Positions 61,147 to 64,000 of a stretch of DNA of 64,000 bases are shown here, in pieces (the first letter of the stretch is position 1; each line of letters begins with the position of its first letter). Origin of the DNA: Blastocladiella emersonii ATCC 22665 (taxonomy: Eukaryota; Fungi; Blastocladiomycota). The DNA lies in assembly GCA_025594325.1 (NCBI GenBank), contig JANHCV010000001.1, positions 806,001 through 870,000 of the forward strand. Reading direction: 5' to 3'. Under the pieces are notes generated by a model, which was not told where the DNA came from, made no database searches, and was given only the letters and a program-made list of their open reading frames with translations. The position numbers were made by a program, and so were the translations under genes.

Positions 61147-62435
61147 TCAACCAGCCGATGCCTTGGCCGCGGTCGCGGGCGCCGCGGCAGCAGCGTGAGC
61201 CCGCCACTCGGTCTTGCCCTCGTCGGACCCGCCCGTGACGCACAGCTCGGCCCATGCGATCATGAAGGCCGCGACCTCCGAAGAGCGTAAATGCAGAACC
61301 CAGCGGTCAGGATCGCCGCCGATGCCACCGGCGCCCGTACCCTTGCCGAGCTTGACCTCGCGGCGCGCCATGTCCTCGATGCCCTCGAACGCGGCGTTGC
61401 CCGACACGAGAACCACGGGCTGCACGGTCTTGGTCGAGTTGAGCACCGCCGCCAGGTGCGCGAGGACGCGCGACTTGAGCACGACGGACGACTTGATGGC
61501 CACCGTGTGCGTCTTGAAGGTCTCGCGCGTTCCCAGGACGGCGCTCCACTACCGCGCAGCGACCAGCACCAGTGTTAGTCGAGCGGGCCACGGTTTCGCG
61601 GACACGCGCGACGGGATGAGCGTACCTTAACCTGCTTGGCGGCAGTCCCGTACACGCGTACATCGAACCACGGCGCGTCGAGTACCGCGATCTGCTCGGC
61701 CGTCGCGGTCACCAAGTTTGCATCCCACATGACGACGAGGGGAACGCGGTTGCCGCGGTACTGGACCGTGCCCGGGCGACTCAAGATAGCGAGCAGCGCG
61801 TGCATCGAGTTGAGGAAGCGACGGCCGAACATGTCGATGGGCTTGTCGCGCAGCACGCGCATGATGGCGCTCGCATCGACGCAGTACCCGCGACGCAGCG
61901 CATCGAGAAGCTGCACCTCGGCCGCCGGCACCGTCGCGCCCGCGGACCCGCCGCCACCCACCGGCGCGTACTGGAAGGCCATGCCGTCGGGCGCCATCTG
62001 CTCGAACATCTGGTGCAGCGCAAAGTCGTCTGCCGACAGCACGAGGCCCTTGGTGTGAAGAGGCAGGTTCGTCTGGGCGAGCGCGGCGGTGTACGCGAAA
62101 TGAGCGGGCGACATGGCCGCGGCCGAGCCCTCCTGCTGCTGCTGGTGATCGTCGGGGCCGCCGCTGTTGTGCGGCGTGTCGGACTGGTCGAGCATGCGCT
62201 GAATCTGGTCGAAGATGAGCGACATGTCCCCTTGGCGGCACGACGGGTCGCCCGGCGCCGTCGTCATGAGATGGCGCATGATATCTACACCCTGCGTCGA
62301 GCTTCTGGGCAGGAACGTGTCTACCACTTCATCGATGCGCGCATGCATCCGGTCGCCCATCATGGTCGACTGGAACCACGGCGGGAGCACGGGCGTGTAG
62401 CGCGCAGTCGCCGCCGGCTTGGTGGTCAGCGGCAC
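61147..62435 (-). CDS. Family A (NYN/PIN-like) gene, 2 exons (intron 61549-61625), 5' end uncertain
   Basis: LVVMWDANLV...PWFDVRVYGTAAKQVK|WSAVL...QPVVLVSGNAAFEG...RWVLHLRS; the in-frame splice is open to the stop at 61147. Confidence 0.72.
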
Positions 62436-64000
62436 CGTGCGGCGCGGAGTGGTTTTTTTGGTCGCCGTCTACACGACGAGGGCGTGACATGAGACCATCG
62501 TCGCTCTCGACGCACGCGATGCACGCGCACGAGTGCCGCGTTCCGCGCTGAGCCCGGTCGTCGGATCGTACTCTGCGAGCGCCCATGGTTGCTATGAGTT
62601 GATGATACAGTTGCGTCGTAGGATTGCTTCGTTGTGTTCAGTGATCAAGGGAGAGGAGCGGGGGCGCTTAGGCTGAGCAGAAACGCGTGGGACCCGCGAC
62701 GCGCCCGCTGGTCGAGCGGAAGACGATCTGCGGCACGTGTTCATCAGGATGGTCGGATTCTCGTGCAAAATTGATGAGAATGCCTTGTAATGAAGGTATT
62801 AGTCTTGCCGATGGTGGACTAATTGACGGACCATACGGCAGAAACATCTGACGCCAACTTTGCAAAGTTCGCGATAGTCGTCACGCGGGAACTTGCTCAC
62901 CTCCGCCTCAGCACATGAACACTCGCGCCAACCCGCTAAGGTTTCTCAAGAATCAGCGCTTTGAGCGAAAGGCGAGCAGTTTATGCACGGAACAAATTCC
63001 TGTGTGGCGATGGCCAAAGAATCCGGACAGCGAGCCGTCGCGACCATGGCCATGATCGTCGTGATCTTGCAGTCCAGCGCGACTCGTCCTGATTGAATCG
63101 AGATGGATTCGCTTGCCCTGCTTGATCAATGAAATCCAGTCCGAGACGTGCAGTTTTGCGCGTACACCGCGTGAATCCATCATCGAAAGTAGCATCGCGA
63201 CCATGGCCGACCACGCGGCGTGCCTTGAGCACTGTGCTGCGTCTGGTCCGAGCAAAAATGTTTGATCGAGAGCGAAATAAGCTTTGAGGATCAGTTTGGG
63301 ACCATGGAACAGGCGAGAATGCGCGAGGACGTGAACTTGCTGCAAGTTGGCGACCTAGTCGAGCAGCGTGCGCGAGCTGAAACATGGCGACGCCCACGCG
63401 GGACTAATCCACATCAAGTTTAGCAGGTTGTGATTGAAAGCGGGCTTGGGCCCAACAAGGGCCGCGCACGGTAATTGTTGAAGCGCTCAGACTTGGACGT
63501 ACGGTTCGGAGCTATCGAGTAGCGTTCACCTGCTTCGTGCGGGCATTTCGAGCAACACGGAGCACAGCCACGGAAGCAACCTTTGATCTTTCCTCGGTCA
63601 AGAAAACACCCGACAGGGGATCAGGAGCCGCAAAGTTCCCGTTCGAGCGGAGCTGGGTCGCGGAAGCGATGTCACCAACGAGTATCCCGCGCAAGGCTCG
63701 CCATACAGCCCACGCTCGAGTCCGCTCGACGTTCACGAAGAACAGCAAGAACTTAGGTAGGGGAGCTTGAGTTTCAGAGCGTTCCGCCGACGATCTCGGT
63801 CCTGCTGCAGGATACCCAGAACAACGCGGTTTGTGCGCCAAAGCGGTCACGACTCGGTCTCGAAAGCTTAAGCCAGTACCTTAGAAGCAGGTAAAGCGAC
63901 TGATACGAGCACACGCGCCAGCTGTAGGTCTAGGCGACCAAGTGGACGAGGCACTGCGTCGAGCAGCGCGAGCTGGCCTCAGATTCGCCGCGAACCGGAA

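Noticed and set aside
1-64000. Most long Arg/Ala/Pro-rich ORFs in the six-frame track
   Set aside because: They are shadow ORFs of GC-rich coding DNA (antisense or off-frame), with no motifs.
62580-64000. Coding genes in the lower-GC right end
   Set aside because: Short ORFs without motifs or codon bias; cannot be supported.

Overview
GC-rich eukaryotic DNA, most likely from a fungus (spliceosomal introns with GTACGC/GTACGT donors and CTAAC/CTGAC branch points, a fungal-type multidomain acetyl-CoA carboxylase, a self-priming chromovirus). An early-diverging lineage such as Blastocladiomycota is plausible but not provable here. The dominant structure is an almost perfect inverted duplication of at least 7.5 kb: 1-7496 mirrors 52163-59658 (coordinate sum 59659, one visible SNP), and the left copy runs off the window edge. 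The arms, and their flanks out to about 12 kb and 62.5 kb, carry a tandem cluster of uncharacterised paralogous genes; one family resembles divergent NYN/PIN-like domains and shares a conserved intron. The 44.7 kb between the arms holds a SKP1-fusion gene and a nested transposon graveyard: several Helitron-like Rep/Pif1 fragments with conserved 3' hairpin ends, a complete PIF/Harbinger element (15-bp TIRs, TAA TSD) plus a separate Harbinger Myb gene, a full-length Ty3/Gypsy chromovirus (217-bp LTRs, CTAAA TSD), a MITE-like hairpin, several motif arrays, and an ACC pseudogene broken into two pieces about 33 kb apart. Decay of the elements is dominated by CpG transitions. All assignments come from motif recognition by eye; no database searches were run.
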